64,000 bases of DNA from Octopus sinensis (taxonomy: Eukaryota), in NCBI RefSeq assembly GCF_006345805.1, contig NC_043015.1:49104001-49168000 (forward strand), written 5' to 3'. This document shows, piece after piece, positions 61,897 through 64,000 of this stretch. Numbering within the stretch: position 1 is the first letter of the stretch; each line of letters opens with the position of its first letter. Position numbers and translations under genes: made by a program. Under the pieces are notes generated by a model. The model saw only the letters and a program-made list of their open reading frames with translations. It was not told where the DNA came from and made no database searches.

Positions 61897-62487
61897 TGCT
61901 AGTATATATTTCTTTACTGCCCAGAAGGGGCTAAACATAGAGGGGACAAACAAGGACAGACGAAGGGATTAAGTCGATTACATCGACCCCAGTGCGTAAC
62001 TGGTACTTAATTTATCGACCCCGAAAGGATGAAAGGCAAAGTTGACCTCGGCGGAATTTGAACTCAGAACGTAACGACAGACGAAATATGGCTACGCATT
62101 TCGCCCGGCGTGCTAACGGTTCTACCTAGTATAGTACGTGGTCTACCACGGTGTCAAACAGTATAGCCAGGGTTATCTACCTTAAAAATTACTGCTGGAA
62201 GGTAATGAAGAAAGCCTTAGATGATTTATTTGTATCGTTCCTTAATGACATAAGGAGTGTTTATCGATAAAATGGATTGTCTTGATTTATCTGTGTAATT
62301 TTTTTTTATCATATAAAATAACATAAGATTCAGCTTTTCTTATTTGTGTAATTCCTTTATAATGTACGAAGTGTTTTATCTCTGAAATATCTGAAAATTT
62401 TTAATCTCTGAAATATCTGAAAAATAAGGTAGATAACCCAGGCTGTACTGTATGACACTGCGGTAGACCGTATATCATACTAGCACC
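61897..62487. mobile_element. MITE with about 65-bp TIRs, left TIR split by a SINE
   Basis: ggtgctagtata...ggtctaccacggtgtca...gggttatctaccttA versus Taaggtagataaccc...tgacactgcggtagacc...atactagcacc. Confidence 0.6.
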
Positions 62488-62744
62488 AATTGTCTGTATT
62501 GGTCGGTTTCCAGTTGTCCAATCGTGTTGGCGTAACAGTTTGTTTTTCCTGACGCGGGAAATTAATCACCAGCTCTGGGGAGCCTAGTGATCTCTATAAG
62601 AACGACAGTTCTCGACTGCTCTAGGTCTTTGGCATACGCCATATGCACATATAAACCCATTCACCTTTATTTAATGTAACGAGTGTATCTGACCTGTATG
62701 TGTCCTTTGTCTGTCCTTGTTTGTACCCTCTATGTATCCTGTTA

Positions 62745-63143
62745 TCTTTATATATAAAAGTCAAGTTGTGTGTCTGTCTCCTACGATTTAGATTCCTAAC
62801 TACTCCCACATTTTGCGTTGCAGTGTAACCAAAAGCGGGTATCTTATAGTCGTGATTCATATCGAGCCGTTCTGGGTAGTAGCGCGCGTCTACGATGGGT
62901 CTACGATTAAAAAAAATTTTTTCATCATTTTTTCCCATTTTTAATGCATTTTTTTTTGCTATTATATAAGGGAAGTAACTCTCTAAAAATGTATTATTAA
63001 ATCTCAGAACGTAAAAGGCTACAGTAACACCCCCCCCTTTGTGGTTAGTCATATTGAGATGGCTATTATACTTTACATCTCTAAAAATGCTTATATAGAT
63101 TATTTCCCTTACAAACCCGAGCAACACCGGGCGATACTGCTAG
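62745..63143 (+). mobile_element. Non-autonomous Helitron-like element
   Basis: A|TC...hairpin...CTAG|T. Confidence 0.85.
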
Positions 63144-63349
63144 TAGGAAATAAAGAAAACCTTTGGCACACGCCACTGACCACACGCAACTCGTCTCCGG
63201 CAACGATGTTAATGACACCAGCCAGTCTACGCTTTCATCTCCATCAGACGCCTGCCTACATCGTTGCTGTATAAACAGCACATGACCAACAGACCAACGG
63301 CTGCTTCTACACACCACCAAACAGTACATCAACTACGTCTACAAGATCA

Positions 63350-63964
63350 ACTGGTACTTATTTCTATTTCTTTATTACCCACAAGGGGCTAAACACAGAG
63401 GGGACAAACAAGGACAGACAAACGGATTAAGTCGATTACATCGACCCCTGTGCGAAACTTGGTACTTATTTAATCAACCCCGAAATGATGAAAGACAAAG
63501 TTGACCTCGGCGGGATTTGAACTCAGAACGTAGCGGCAAACGAAATACTTATTTCTTTATTGCCCACAAGGGGCTAAACATAGAGGGGACAAACAAGGAC
63601 AGACAAACGGATTAAGTCGATTACATCGACCCCAGTGCGAAACTGGTACTTATTTCATCGACCCCGAAAGGATGAAAGGCAAAGTCAACCTCGGCGGGAT
63701 TTGAACTCAGAACGTAGCGGCAAACGAAATACTTATTTCTTTACTACCCACAAGGGGCTAAACACAGAGGGGACAAACAAGGACAGATATAGGTATTAAG
63801 TCGATTACATCGACCCCAGTGCGTAACTGGTACTTAATTTATCGACCCCGAAAGGATGAAAGGTAAAGTCAACCTCGGCGGGATTTGAACTCAGAACGTA
63901 GCGGCAAACGAAGTACTGCTAAGCATTTCGCCAGGCGTGCTAACGTTTCTGCCAGCTCGCCGCC
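63350..63964 (-). repeat. Tandem array of SINE-B-derived units
   Basis: Three units with period 184-185 bp; only the last retains the tRNA head. Confidence 0.9.
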
Positions 63965-64000
63965 TTATTGGTACTTATTTCATCGATCCAGAATGGTTGA

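Noticed and set aside
62621-63127. 168-aa minus-strand ORF
   Set aside because: Lies across a non-autonomous Helitron-like element; no Rep/helicase motifs.

Overview
AT-rich, repeat-dense animal genomic DNA, very probably an octopus/coleoid cephalopod (inferred from the SINE, RTE and microsatellite content, not proven). Two intron-containing genes lie on the + strand. EIF4E2 (4EHP) has six coding exons at 21633-34429; its short first exon was not found. MED4 has six exons, complete from ATG 40850 to TAA 56237 (264 aa). The rest is tRNA-derived SINEs, 5'-truncated RTE/CR1/R4-like LINEs, three decayed mariners, non-autonomous Helitrons, MITEs and micro/minisatellites. The main unexpected result is a set of minimal type I hammerhead-ribozyme folds with palindromic stem III, typical of Penelope-like element termini, in at least four sequence families. 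Two are non-canonical: one with the C3:G8 core pair swapped to G3:C8 (49317-49365) and one with A6 changed to U. Three of the motifs lie sense within MED4 intron 4. Several sit in near-perfect inverted duplications. Ribozyme activity is inferred from structure only, and repeat boundaries are approximate.
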